Shown here piece by piece: positions 1 to 10,404 of a stretch of 64,000 nucleotides of DNA. Both the position numbers and the translations under genes were made by a program. How positions within the stretch are numbered: position 1 is the first letter of the stretch; every line of letters starts with the position of its first letter. Below the pieces are notes generated by a model, which was given only the letters and a program-made list of their open reading frames with translations, was not told the origin of the DNA and made no database searches. Location: positions 320,001 through 384,000 of the forward strand of contig JBMNJT010000002.1 in assembly GCA_050951805.1 (NCBI GenBank), read 5' to 3'. Origin of the DNA: Bacillota bacterium. Lineage in GTDB: Bacteria > Bacillota > DTU025.

Positions 1-581
1 GTGTAGTACGGCGGACACGGCATTCCCGGAGTCTCGGGTGGAGGCGCTATTGGTCCGGGCATTGTAGGTGTTCCCGGAATAGGTATTTGGGGCCAAGGCA
101 TCGGGCTAGGCATTGGCATACCCGGACATGGCATGGTCGGCATCCCATACCAAGGGTGTGCAGGCATGCCAGGGCACGGAATAGGACTGGGCATTGGCGC
201 CCCGGGGCATGGCATTGTAGGCCATCCTGGCGTTGGCATGCCAGGGTACGGAATTTCCGGTGAGGGCATTATCGGCTCCGGGGCCGGCGCGGGCCATGGC
301 TCCGCCACAGGCGGACACGGTATCCAAGGTCCGGGCTCGGGCACAACCGGAGCAGGCATGCGAACCCCTGGACAAGATATGTTCTCAGGGGGACGTATCA
401 ACGAGAGCACTGAATCGAAGAAGAAAGCGTGCCGCAACTCATCTCTGCTTATTTGAAGTACCCCGCGGCGAATTGCTTCGGTTGGAGCGATTTGTGCCAT
501 CCTTGTATAGCGATCTACGGTTTCAACTTCATCGTTGTACGCTTCCTGCACCATGTTAAAAAACTCTCTGGAAGGCAGCAC
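1..581 (-). CDS. Ferritin-like (rubrerythrin-type) domain plus long Pro/Met/Cys-rich tail; probable spore-associated protein; 3' end outside the window
   Basis: Not in ORF track; translated by hand. GTG at 581 with GAGGTG RBS at 589-594. Reads MLPSREFFNMVQEAYNDEVETVDRYTRMAQIAPTEAIRRGVLQISRDELRHAFFF (Glu plus DExxH), then PCPGMPMPSP-type repeats open to position 1. Confidence 0.8.
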   Translation of the reverse strand, partial: MLPSREFFNMVQEAYNDEVETVDRYTRMAQIAPTEAIRRGVLQISRDELRHAFFFDSVLSLIRPPENISCPGVRMPAPVVPEPGPWIPCPPVAEPWPAPAPEPIMPSPEIPYPGMPTPGWPTMPCPGAPMPSPIPCPGMPAHPWYGMPTMPCPGMPMPSPMPWPQIPIPGTPTMPGPIAPPPETPGMPCPPYY

Positions 582-820
582 GTGATATCACCTCAATCAT
601 CTCAGTCAGGTTCGATTTTGGATCGTCCAGTCGTCCAGTGGCAGTATATTGCTGATGAGTGCAGCTAGTTCCGGTGCCTTATGCACTATGTGAAATGGCA
701 GCAGGCCATAATGCCCACATGCCGGGCTGATTTGGGGAAGAGGCTCTTGCAGAGGATCTGTTGACTCTTTGTAATGACGAATGTAGCATGGTGGCGAAAA
801 CGCCTGTGAACTGAGACCAG

Positions 821-3655
821 ATGGGGGTGATAGATGTGAAGGCAAATGGCGGCAGAACGGATCGAATGGATATAATACTGCACGGCAAGGTGGAGAGCGT
901 GGGCTCGGATACGGGGTTGGGGCCGGAGAGGCGCGGAAAGAAAAAAGGGCAACCCGGGCGGGGGGATGTAGGGGGCACGCCTGATAAGAAGGTAAGAGGC
1001 CTGCGCCAGGTAGACTTCGCCATAACGGGGATGACGTGTGCCGCATGTGCCGCTCGAGTCGAGCGTGCGCTGGCAAATGAGGCCGGGGTGGCACATGCCG
1101 CCGTTAATCTGGCGGCCGAGACTGCAAGGGTGCAGTATGATCCTGATCAGACGAGCCCGGATCGGCTCGTTAAGGCGATAGAGGCTGCGGGATATGGTGC
1201 GAGGGAGGCAGCACGCGATGCTGAAGAGGATGCTAGGCGCACAGAGGAAAGAAAGCAACAGGAGATCAACAACTGGCGACTGTTCTACATAGGCGCTGCA
1301 TTCAGCATTCCGTTGGTTGTGGGGATGATAGCCGACATTTTCGGGATAGAGGCGTTGATGTTTCTCATCGACCCCTTCGTGGGCTTCGTCTTGGCCACGC
1401 CAGTGGTGTTCGTGCCTGGATCCCGCTTCTATATCAGCGCCGCGAGGACAGTTGCCCATGGCGGAGCCAACATGGACGTTCTTGTAGCCTTAGGCACGGG
1501 CGCTGCTTACATCCTCAGCGTGGTCCACACCTTCATCGTTTCAGGCCCCGTCTATTACGAGGCCGCTGCAGTAGTCATCACCTTGGTGCTGCTCGGAAAG
1601 AACCTGGAGCATGTGGCGAAGGGCAAGACGAGCGAGGCCATACGGAAACTCGCCGCTTTGTCTCCTAAGACCGCCTCGGTGCTGCAGGCTGACGGGACCG
1701 AAATTCAGGTTCCCGTGGATGAAGTGGAAGTCGGCGACATCCTGATAGTCAGGCCGGGTGAACGCGTGCCCGTAGACGGCGTGATAATCGAAGGCTTTTC
1801 TGCTATAGACGAGTCGATGCTCACAGGCGAGAGCATCCCCGTGGACAGGCAGGCGGGCGACGCCATAACAGGAGGCACCGTCAACGGCCACGGGATGCTC
1901 AAGATGCGGGCGACCCGGGTGGGCTCGGAGACTGCGCTTGCTCAGATTATCCGCATGGTGGAAGAAGCGCAGGGAAGTAAGGCGCCCATACAGCGTTTGG
2001 CGGATGTGGTGTCATACTATTTCGTCCCCGCGGTTCTGGTTGTGGCTGTGGTTACGTTTGCAGGATGGATGGCTGCAGGAATAGGCGCGTCTCAGGCATT
2101 GGTGAACGCCACGGCTGTGCTGGTCATCGCGTGTCCTTGTGCGCTCGGGCTCGCGACCCCGACGGCTATCATGGTAGCCACTGGGCGTGGCGCCGAGCTG
2201 GGTATCTTGATACGTGGGGGAGAGCATCTGGAAAGGCTTAGCTCAGTGAAGGCAGTAGTCCTCGACAAGACTGGGACGATTACAGCGGGCGTGCCGTCGC
2301 TTGAAGAAGTCGAAGTCTTTGCACCTCACGGGCGTGAAGAGGCGCTTCGACTCGCCGCTTCTGCTGAACGGGCTTCAGAGCATCCGCTCGGCAGGGCGAT
2401 AGTAGAAGCGGCTGAGCAGGCAGGGATAGATATTCCGATGCCCGACGAGTTTAGGACGGTTCCGGGGCGCGGCATCGTCGCAACTGTGGAAGGAAGACAG
2501 GTTGCCGTCGGAACGCTTCGATTTTTAGATGAACTTGGCGTATCCGTGGACCGTGAAGGGCTTGCAGCCGAGCGCAGGTTCGGGAGCGGGCTGGTGGCGG
2601 GGACGGCTGAGGAGACGAATGGGGCTGGTTCAGAAGTCCCGGTTACGAGTTTGATTGCCGCAGGCGCTGTGGGGGCCTCTGTTGCCAGAATGCAAGATGA
2701 GGGGCGGACCGCCGTAGTTCAGGCGGTGGACGGAGCGGTCGCTGCGGTCTATGGAATCGCCGATCAAGTACGGCCGGGTTCGGTGGAGGCCATCAAGGGG
2801 ATTCAGGACCTCGGCATAGACGTATATATGATTACCGGTGACAACGCGCGCACAGCGGCAGCTATCGCCGAACGTGTTGGAATACCCAAACCCAACGTCC
2901 TGGCTGAGGTTCTTCCTGAGGACAAGGCGCGCGAGGTTGAACGGCTGCAGGAGGCTGGGCTTGCCGTTGCCATGGTGGGTGATGGGATAAATGATGCCCC
3001 TGCCCTTGCCACTGCGGATGTAGGGGTTGCCATGAGTACAGGGACTGATGTTGCCATGGAAGCTGCGGATATTACCATTGTGGGTAATTTGGGCAAGCTC
3101 CTCGATGCCATTAAGCTGGCCAAGAAGACTATTACCATAATTAAGGAGAATCTTTTCTGGGCCTTTGTCTACAATACCATTGGGATCCCTCTTGCGGCTT
3201 TCGGAGTTCTTCCGCCAGTGTATGCCGGGGCTGCGATGTCGTTGAGCTCGGTATCGGTAGTTTCGAATTCATTGCGATTGAGAGGGTTCGGAAAAGAGAG
3301 GCCTCGAGGGATCTCCAGGACAGAGGTGAAAGGGGTAGATAATATGCCCTATGGCAGGAAGAGCACGTCAGATAGCAAGGAGAACATGGTGGCCGGACCG
3401 GGATCCACGGAGAAATCCGCTGCCGCTGCCGGAATGGTAGGCGATTACAGTGAGGCTCTGCTCAACGTGGCTGGAATGAGTTGCGGGCATTGCAAAGCCG
3501 CTGTGGAGGGTGCTCTTATGGGTGTAGTAGGAGTCGAGTCGGCAGAGGTTGATCTTGAGGCTAAGTCCGCCAGGGTCGTATACGACAGGAACGCGGCAAA
3601 GCCTGCAGACTTGGTTCGTGCGGTGGAGGATGCCGGGTACGAGGTGCTGAGGTAG
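821..3655 (+). CDS. copA: Copper-translocating P1B-type ATPase with N-terminal and C-terminal HMA domains
   Basis: GMTCAAC, TGES, CPCALG, DKTGT, SEHPL, GDGINDAP, YN and MSLSS transmembrane motifs; C-terminal GMSCGHC. Start may be GTG 836. Confidence 0.95.
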   Translation: MGVIDVKANGGRTDRMDIILHGKVESVGSDTGLGPERRGKKKGQPGRGDVGGTPDKKVRGLRQVDFAITGMTCAACAARVERALANEAGVAHAAVNLAAETARVQYDPDQTSPDRLVKAIEAAGYGAREAARDAEEDARRTEERKQQEINNWRLFYIGAAFSIPLVVGMIADIFGIEALMFLIDPFVGFVLATPVVFVPGSRFYISAARTVAHGGANMDVLVALGTGAAYILSVVHTFIVSGPVYYEAAAVVITLVLLGKNLEHVAKGKTSEAIRKLAALSPKTASVLQADGTEIQVPVDEVEVGDILIVRPGERVPVDGVIIEGFSAIDESMLTGESIPVDRQAGDAITGGTVNGHGMLKMRATRVGSETALAQIIRMVEEAQGSKAPIQRLADVVSYYFVPAVLVVAVVTFAGWMAAGIGASQALVNATAVLVIACPCALGLATPTAIMVATGRGAELGILIRGGEHLERLSSVKAVVLDKTGTITAGVPSLEEVEVFAPHGREEALRLAASAERASEHPLGRAIVEAAEQAGIDIPMPDEFRTVPGRGIVATVEGRQVAVGTLRFLDELGVSVDREGLAAERRFGSGLVAGTAEETNGAGSEVPVTSLIAAGAVGASVARMQDEGRTAVVQAVDGAVAAVYGIADQVRPGSVEAIKGIQDLGIDVYMITGDNARTAAAIAERVGIPKPNVLAEVLPEDKAREVERLQEAGLAVAMVGDGINDAPALATADVGVAMSTGTDVAMEAADITIVGNLGKLLDAIKLAKKTITIIKENLFWAFVYNTIGIPLAAFGVLPPVYAGAAMSLSSVSVVSNSLRLRGFGKERPRGISRTEVKGVDNMPYGRKSTSDSKENMVAGPGSTEKSAAAAGMVGDYSEALLNVAGMSCGHCKAAVEGALMGVVGVESAEVDLEAKSARVVYDRNAAKPADLVRAVEDAGYEVLR

Positions 3656-3720
3656 CTCTGTCCCGGACAGCTTGGATGCACGATGGGGTATGGCGGGGAG
3701 CCATGCAGGGAGCATGCGGC

Positions 3721-3757
3721 AAACAAAAAGGAAGGCCGCCGCGGATGCGGCGGCTTC
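3721..3757 (-). terminator. Intrinsic terminator between convergent copA and the PPC-repeat gene
   Basis: Stem gccgccgc-ggat-gcggcggc (3735-3754); A-tract at 3721-3729 gives a U-tract on the minus strand. Confidence 0.75.
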
Positions 3758-3791
3758 ATCGTTCATCTCATCTTCTTCTGTTGACAGCTGA

Positions 3792-5909
3792 CTAGATAGC
3801 TGAGCCTACAATGAGTTGATAAGCTTCAAACATGTTATAGCAACTGCTGCTGTATGGCTGCACAACTACGTAATACCTTGTCAGTGGTGTGAGCTGCAAC
3901 GTGAGGTCCATGAGAGTTCCCTTGTTGCCCAGGTCCTGATTGGTTATCTCCTTTCCTGTTGCATCCACGACTCTGAGTCTGAAGTCGGCCGTCTGTGTGC
4001 AGGTTATCCGCACCTTGCCCAAGAGGGGTGCAGTGAACTGCCACCAATCCTCATCAGTGCCTGTTGCGATCACCCCGGTTACCGGCTGTCCTAGCTGAAT
4101 GCTCTTGGCCTCATTGGCGGAATTATTGGGTTCTGCGGGGTCGTACAGTGCAGGCTTGACTGTGATCTTCATGTTGTAAGGGGTGTGCATGCTGTATATG
4201 TTGGTGTTATATCCCCGCATCAATACGTAATACGTTCCAGGCTGGAATATGTCATGGGTCAGGACCATCTTGTTCCCTGGATGGCCGTAGTCGTCGCCGA
4301 GGAGTACTGTCTTGCCGTCGCGGTCAATGAGGGAGAGATGCAAGTCAACTGGTTGGTCAGATTCTGCCACAACCTGAGATGGTCCAGCGATGTCCACTTT
4401 GTAGTAATCTAGGTCGCCCGGGCGGGATATGAACGCTGCGAAGGTTTGCCCAAGAGGCGGCACTGCGGCCTGCCCAGGCGTGTCGTTCGGCTCGAATCTG
4501 TCAGTACCTCCGTGCGTAACGGTTATGGTCATGCTGTAGGGAGTGTGCATTTCGTATATGTCCTTGTTGTACCCGCGCATCACTACGTAGTAGGTTCCCG
4601 GGTCGTATACGTCCCCTTCAAGAAGCATGTTAGTTCCTTTGCTTCCTAAGTCGCCGCCGTAGAGCTCCTTTGTGCCGGAACTGTCCACGATGGAGAGGTA
4701 GTAGTCGGCCGGCTGTGTAGACGTCACTTTGATGGTGGCGGGTCCAGAAACACTGACGCTGTAGTAATCGATGTCCCCGGGCCTATAGATGAAGGAATCG
4801 AACTGCCTTCCGGAGACGACTGCCGATGCCAGGTTAACGTTGTCGTTGGGCTCGAAGGCATCACGGGCTTCCCGAAACTCTGCCCTAAGGGTGTAAGGGG
4901 TATCAGACTTGATGTTGCCTGAGTATCCGCGTACGAGTATATAGTAGTTGCCTGGTTCAAAAACGTCGGCATTGAGCACCATTGTTGTCCCGCTGCTTCC
5001 CAGATCACCTCCGGCGATCTGACTTCCCGCTTCATTCAGTATTGCCATGAAGAAATCTGCGGGCTGTGTACATGTCACGTGGAAAGTTCCATGTGTGGTC
5101 ACCGTAACCTTGTACATGTCAATATCACCATCTGTGGAGATGGCGCCTGTGACATTTGTATTAACGGCTATTGGATTTGCGGTTGCGATATTATAGTTGG
5201 GTTCACGTTCTGCTTGCAAGTAGCTTGGCTCGAGCGCTGGCGGGACTGCGGGTTGGCTTGGCTGTGTTGTCGGAAGCTGAGCCGATGGCGACCCCGCGGA
5301 AGGCTTCGTCAACACTGCATGCCAGGGAAGACCTTTTCCGCCTGTGATATTGCAGTCGAAGGTTCCTTCCATGATCAAGTTTCCTGATGCATCCCGCGAG
5401 ACCGTGCCACGATACACCTGATTGCCGCTGCCGACTATTCGTTCGAAGGCGACTAAGCCGTCAGGTGACACTCTGCCGTTTGCCAAGGTGTCTCCGAAGA
5501 CGCTACCAGAGAGTGTTGTACCGCTCTGTTCGATCCTGATCTCACCGCCGAATCCGTTGAGGTCAGCGCTCCATATGCCGGAGAGTTCGAACAATGGACC
5601 CGATATTGGCGTCGAAGGGATGGCAATAGCTGGGGGCGGTACCTGCTGTCCAACCTGGGTGCTGCCCATGGATGATTGGCTCACTTGTATCAGCATCACG
5701 TCAGATCGAGGACAGGCCATGAGATATCCGTCGGTCAGTCGGAAGACGAAATGGTCCACTCCATCAAAGGTGAAGAAACCTACTAGATCTGCATCGTACG
5801 TGGTTCCATCTAGCAAAGTAACGGATGAGCCTAGAGCGCCAGCGGATACTGCCAACAAGCACAGCGTTGCCAGCGCTGTGGCAAGGTGAGTGCGTAGTTG
5901 GTGTTTCAC
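3792..5909 (-). CDS. Secreted modular protein with four PPC-like (pre-peptidase C-terminal) repeats
   Basis: Signal peptide; two small beta domains with Pro/Gln linkers; four ~118 aa repeats starting EREPNYN, AFEPNDN, RFEPNDT, PAEPNNS, each with D-x-D-x-Y/W. Confidence 0.8.
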   Translation of the reverse strand: MKHQLRTHLATALATLCLLAVSAGALGSSVTLLDGTTYDADLVGFFTFDGVDHFVFRLTDGYLMACPRSDVMLIQVSQSSMGSTQVGQQVPPPAIAIPSTPISGPLFELSGIWSADLNGFGGEIRIEQSGTTLSGSVFGDTLANGRVSPDGLVAFERIVGSGNQVYRGTVSRDASGNLIMEGTFDCNITGGKGLPWHAVLTKPSAGSPSAQLPTTQPSQPAVPPALEPSYLQAEREPNYNIATANPIAVNTNVTGAISTDGDIDMYKVTVTTHGTFHVTCTQPADFFMAILNEAGSQIAGGDLGSSGTTMVLNADVFEPGNYYILVRGYSGNIKSDTPYTLRAEFREARDAFEPNDNVNLASAVVSGRQFDSFIYRPGDIDYYSVSVSGPATIKVTSTQPADYYLSIVDSSGTKELYGGDLGSKGTNMLLEGDVYDPGTYYVVMRGYNKDIYEMHTPYSMTITVTHGGTDRFEPNDTPGQAAVPPLGQTFAAFISRPGDLDYYKVDIAGPSQVVAESDQPVDLHLSLIDRDGKTVLLGDDYGHPGNKMVLTHDIFQPGTYYVLMRGYNTNIYSMHTPYNMKITVKPALYDPAEPNNSANEAKSIQLGQPVTGVIATGTDEDWWQFTAPLLGKVRITCTQTADFRLRVVDATGKEITNQDLGNKGTLMDLTLQLTPLTRYYVVVQPYSSSCYNMFEAYQLIVGSAI

Positions 5910-5989
5910 GGATAAGCCCCCCCTCTTGCAATTGATAGAATAGTAGTTCTGCTACAAAATGCACTTTCCTGCATAGGTAATAGCCTGTT

Positions 5990-6698
5990 TGGGACGGAAA
6001 TTCTCGAGCGCTATTTGGGCCGGTGGCCTGGCAAGATGTTGCACAATTCGGGACTCGAGTATGCATGTTCCATCTTGACTGCGGTGCGCTTTCGCGTCTA
6101 TGCCGCAGTCCAATACGGGGTCTGAATCTGCGCATCGACAATGTATGTTTCCTTGAAGGGTTTGGGTCACAGGCACAACTGCCCTCGACACTCAGCCGAG
6201 CCGGGATATGATCCCCGGGCAAGGGACAAGACGAGTGCTATAAGCACAGTCCTCAGCTCGCCGGCGGCAGGCAACCATGTTCTTTATGATTATGATGACG
6301 AAGGCGGCGTGCGTATGTTCCCGATTCTAAGATCCATGTGGATGCTGCGCGACAAGCAGGTGTGGATTCCGATGCCCGGCACGAACCAGAAGATGAGCGT
6401 AGTCGGGGCGATGGACATCCGCACTGGCGCATATGCCTGCTTTACGGTCGTCTCGCCTTTGTTGCTCTTCTTTCGTTATCACGAAATGCTGTGGCCCTTG
6501 AAACTCGAAAGCAACAGGTGGATTTCTTTAGTGTCTATCAAACTCCATGCGCCGCCCTGATTCGATGTTCCGAACCCAGCTGGGCCTTGCATTGTCGAGG
6601 TAGTCTAATGAGTTGACCAAGGCATCGAGCCAGCATTGCATCAGCCAAAGCCTAAACTGCACTCGAGGATCACTCAGGAAGTTGTTGAGACTTACTTA
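5990..6698 (+). mobile_element. Degraded IS630-family element (transposase pseudogene with right end)
   Basis: Fragments YGV*ICASTMY..LKGLG..CPRH, HVLY..DEGGVRMFPILRSMW...Q..IP.PG.NQK.SVVGA.D..TG and a decayed LPPY..NP-like motif; terminal aagttgttgagacttactTA at 6679-6698. Left boundary approximate. Confidence 0.7.
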
Positions 6699-7211
6699 GG
6701 TGATCCTGGCCTCTGACAATGCAAACTATCCAACAACTCAGCAACCTCAATGCTCGCGGAGGCGATACGCGATCGTCTATTGCGTCATTCGACAATGACA
6801 AACACCTGCGCGCACTGGTATGGATTATGCGAGAAGAGCAGGCTGGCTTTGCCAGCCAAGGGGCCGGCATACGCGGCAACTTCAACTTGGCAACTCCAAC
6901 ACTCATGCGAAAGAAGCTAATGCCATTGTTGGGGGATGGTTTGTAACTGGCATGGAAGCGTCAAAGCGAAAGCGATGCACAATGCAAAAGGGACAACACG
7001 ACGGGGTAGGATGGAGCAGGATCTCCTGACGAAATATTGCATTTCTGAACTGTGCTTTATTCACATTCTTACTCTGGTCTTGACACTCCAACCCTGTCAT
7101 AGTCTAGCAGGTGAATGAGGGATGATGTGGAATATAAAACAAGGGTACGTCTCTTTAGCTATGCAGCGATTGAGGCGGCTCGTGCATGTATATGTTGGAG
7201 GGATAGTTGAA

Positions 7212-8879
7212 TTGAACCAAAGCAATCTCAAGGGCGAGCTGGATCGTTGGAAGAGCACGACCTACGGCAAAACCTGCGCCAGGTTCCCTGAACGACGGGA
7301 GAAGTTCGAAGGGACTTCTGGCATCGAGGTCCAGCCTGTTTACACACCGTTGGATACTGAGGGCATCGACTATCTTGAGGACCTTGGATTTCCGGGAGAA
7401 TACCCATACACGCGTGGAGTTCAACCCACGATGTATCGGGGGCGCTTGTGGACAATGCGGCAATATGCCGGCTTTGCCACGGCGGAGGAATCGAACGAAC
7501 GCTACAGGTACCTGCTGGAACAAGGGCAGACCGGGCTTTCAGTTGCGTTCGACCTCCCGACTCAGATAGGATACGATTCCGACCACGAGCTGGCATTGGG
7601 GGAAGTTGGGAAAGTTGGGGTGGCGATAGATTCTCTTGCGGATATGGAGATTCTTTTCAACGAGATACCGCTAGACAAGGTTTCCACCTCCATGACCATC
7701 AACGCGCCGGCTGCAGTCCTTTTGGCCATGTATATCGCAGTCGCGGAAAAACAGGGCGTGTCGCCGGAGAAGCTTAACGGAACTATTCAGAATGACATCC
7801 TCAAGGAATATGCCGCCCGCGGCACCTACATTTTCCCACCGAAACCGTCAATGCGCCTCATAACCAACACATTCGAGTATTGTTCTGCAAACGTTCCAAA
7901 CTGGAACACCATCAGCATAAGTGGCTACCATATCAGAGAGGCAGGGGCCACAGCAGTACAGGAACTCGCCTTCACGCTCGCTGACGGAATCGCCTATGTT
8001 CAGGCGGCTATAGACGCGGGTCTTGATGTGGACGAATTCGCTCCTAGGTTGTCGTTCTTCTTTGCAGCCCATAACGACCTTTTCGAGGAAGTTGCCAAGT
8101 TCAGAGCGGCGAGAAGGCTGTGGGCGAGGATCATGAAGGAAAGGTTCGGAGCCAAGAAGGAAAAGTCTATGAGGCTCCGGTTCCATACCCAGACGGGCGG
8201 GTCCACTCTAACGGCGCAGCAGCCTGACAACAACATTGTCAGGGTGGCATTGCAGGCGCTTGCAGCTGTTCTCGGAGGCACTCAGTCGCTGCACACCAAC
8301 TCCCGAGATGAAGCCCTAGCGCTTCCAAGCCAGGAATCGGTGATGATTGCCTTGCGCACGCAGCAGATCATCGCATACGAGAGCGGTGTCGCCGACACCA
8401 TTGATCCCCTTGCAGGCTCTTACTATGTAGAGGCTCTTACCACTCAGATTGAGGAGGCAGCCGCCGATTACATCCGCCGGATCGACGAGATGGGCGGAGC
8501 GCCTATGGCAATCGAGCGAGGGTTCATCCAGAGCGAGATAGAAGAGAGCGCTTATCGGTACCAGATGGAGATAGAGTCGGGAGACCGGATTGTTGTCGGC
8601 GTCAACGAATTCTACATAGAGGAGGAGCCGCCGAAGGGCCTTCTCAAGGTAGACCCCGCCGTTGCCGATCTGCAGTGCAAAAAACTGGCGGATGTGAAAG
8701 CTTCAAGGAATGGCGAGGCTGTGGAAAAGAGCCTTGAAGCGCTCAAGGCAGCGGCCGAAGGAACTGACAATCTCGTGCCGTATATTCTTGACGCAGTCAG
8801 AGAATACGCCACATTGGGAGAGATATGCGACACTTTGCGCGAAGTATTCGGAGAATACAAGCCCTCAGGGGCCTACTAG
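7212..8879 (+). CDS. mcmA1: Methylmalonyl-CoA mutase, large (substrate-binding) subunit
   Basis: [63 protein letters not shown] start at 7212 after GGAGG. Confidence 0.95.
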   Translation: MNQSNLKGELDRWKSTTYGKTCARFPERREKFEGTSGIEVQPVYTPLDTEGIDYLEDLGFPGEYPYTRGVQPTMYRGRLWTMRQYAGFATAEESNERYRYLLEQGQTGLSVAFDLPTQIGYDSDHELALGEVGKVGVAIDSLADMEILFNEIPLDKVSTSMTINAPAAVLLAMYIAVAEKQGVSPEKLNGTIQNDILKEYAARGTYIFPPKPSMRLITNTFEYCSANVPNWNTISISGYHIREAGATAVQELAFTLADGIAYVQAAIDAGLDVDEFAPRLSFFFAAHNDLFEEVAKFRAARRLWARIMKERFGAKKEKSMRLRFHTQTGGSTLTAQQPDNNIVRVALQALAAVLGGTQSLHTNSRDEALALPSQESVMIALRTQQIIAYESGVADTIDPLAGSYYVEALTTQIEEAAADYIRRIDEMGGAPMAIERGFIQSEIEESAYRYQMEIESGDRIVVGVNEFYIEEEPPKGLLKVDPAVADLQCKKLADVKASRNGEAVEKSLEALKAAAEGTDNLVPYILDAVREYATLGEICDTLREVFGEYKPSGAY

Positions 8880-8891
8880 CAGGAAGGGAGA

Positions 8892-9317
8892 ATGGGCGAC
8901 AGCATGGGTACTGATACTGGCAGGAAGATTAGGGTTTTGGTCGCAAAGCCAGGTCTCGATGGGCATGACAGAGGTGCCAAAGTTGTGGCACGTGCCCTTC
9001 GTGACGCAGGCATGGAAGTGATATACACAGGGCTCAGGCAGACGCCGGAGCAGATCGTGGCGGCTGCTATTCAGGAAGACGTCGATGTGATCGCCATGTC
9101 GATACTTTCGGGTGCACACAATGTCCTTTTCCCGAAGGTCATGGACCTGCTGCGTGAGAAGGGTGTCGACGATATTCTCGTCGTGGGCGGGGGCATCATC
9201 CCGGATGAGGACATCCCTGCCCTCAAAGAATGTGGCATAGCGGACATATTCACTCCTGGCACAAGTACATCGGAAACGGTTAAGTTCATAGAAGAGAACG
9301 TGAAGAGGCGGTCGTAA
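8892..9317 (+). CDS. mcmA2: Methylmalonyl-CoA mutase, cobalamin-binding small subunit
   Basis: [12 protein letters not shown] (DxHxxG), SILSGAH, GGGIIP, FTPGT. Confidence 0.95.
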   Translation: MGDSMGTDTGRKIRVLVAKPGLDGHDRGAKVVARALRDAGMEVIYTGLRQTPEQIVAAAIQEDVDVIAMSILSGAHNVLFPKVMDLLREKGVDDILVVGGGIIPDEDIPALKECGIADIFTPGTSTSETVKFIEENVKRRS

Positions 9318-9319
9318 GC

Positions 9320-10384
9320 ATGGGCCGAACGGAAGTGGTGAGCCGGGCCCTTAGCGGGGATATCCGGGCCGTGTCCCGGCTCATATCCCTCATTGAAGAT
9401 TGTGTTCCAGGATTCGAGGGCCTGTATTCGGAGATCTACCCGTTTACAGGGAAGGCGCACGTAATAGGGATTACCGGTCCGCCCGGATCCGGAAAGAGCA
9501 CACTCGTCGACAAGATGGCGGCGGTGTGCAGGGAACGCGGAAAAACTGTGGGAATAGTGGCGGTCGACCCTACTAGCCCGTTCACAGGCGGGGCGCTTTT
9601 GGGCGATCGTCTTCGAATGCAGCGCCATGCCTTAGATGATGGAGTGTTCATCAGAAGCATGGGCACCAGGGGCCAGCTTGGCGGTATATCGCGTGCTACG
9701 TCTGGCGCGGTGGACGTGCTGGATGCTGCCGGGTATGATTACGTAATCATCGAGACTGTGGGTGTGGGCCAATCCGAGGTGGAGATAGCCTCGATCGCTG
9801 ACACCGTCGTGCTGGTGCAAGTGCCTGGGTTGGGCGATGATATTCAGGTCATAAAGGCCGGCGTAATGGAGATCGGTGATCTGTTCGCCGTGAACAAAAA
9901 AGACCGCCCGGGTGTGGAAAGAGTGGTAGCTGAGATTCGGATAGCTCTGGAGCTCAGTTCCGTTGCGTCTAGGGGAGGCGGCGGAACGAGCAGAATCGCC
10001 GGATCCGCGGGGCATCACGGAGTTTCGGCGCTCGGAGCGGCGGGCTCTGAAAGAGAAGAGACAGTGGACGAGGAGGCAGCGAGGCCCTGTTGGCATCCTC
10101 CGATCCTCCAGACATTGGCTGAGACGGGTGAAGGGGTAGGCGAACTTTTCGACGCCTGCGATGAGCATATGCGTTATCTGGCCGGAACCGGTGAGTTGGA
10201 CGATCGGAGATACAGGCGTGCACGTTCGGAGACGATGCAGATTGCATCGGGAAGGATTTGGCGCGGGCTCACAGACGATCGCGGTGCATTCGCTGCTGCA
10301 GAGGAACTGGCGTGGAAGGTTGCCCGAAGGGAGATCGACCCTTATTCAGCAGGCAATGAGCTTTATGAGATGATCGTCAAATAG
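9320..10384 (+). CDS. meaB: Mutase-associated GTPase metallochaperone MeaB
   Basis: GITGPPGSGKST, AVDPTSPFTGGALLGDRLRM, IETVGVGQSE, NKKD. Confidence 0.95.
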   Translation: MGRTEVVSRALSGDIRAVSRLISLIEDCVPGFEGLYSEIYPFTGKAHVIGITGPPGSGKSTLVDKMAAVCRERGKTVGIVAVDPTSPFTGGALLGDRLRMQRHALDDGVFIRSMGTRGQLGGISRATSGAVDVLDAAGYDYVIIETVGVGQSEVEIASIADTVVLVQVPGLGDDIQVIKAGVMEIGDLFAVNKKDRPGVERVVAEIRIALELSSVASRGGGGTSRIAGSAGHHGVSALGAAGSEREETVDEEAARPCWHPPILQTLAETGEGVGELFDACDEHMRYLAGTGELDDRRYRRARSETMQIASGRIWRGLTDDRGAFAAAEELAWKVARREIDPYSAGNELYEMIVK

Positions 10385-10404
10385 ATTCGCGGGAGGGGAC
10401 TGAT

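Noticed and set aside
133-456. Gly-rich 107 aa ORF on +
   Set aside because: Antisense shadow of the Pro-rich minus-strand gene (1-581), which has an RBS and a recognisable domain.
6075-6113. Hairpin with GAAA tetraloop on the minus strand upstream of the PPC gene, resembling a c-di-GMP-I riboswitch
   Set aside because: Lacks the GGCAAA/GACGCAAAG core and second stem, and lies inside the IS630 transposase remnant.
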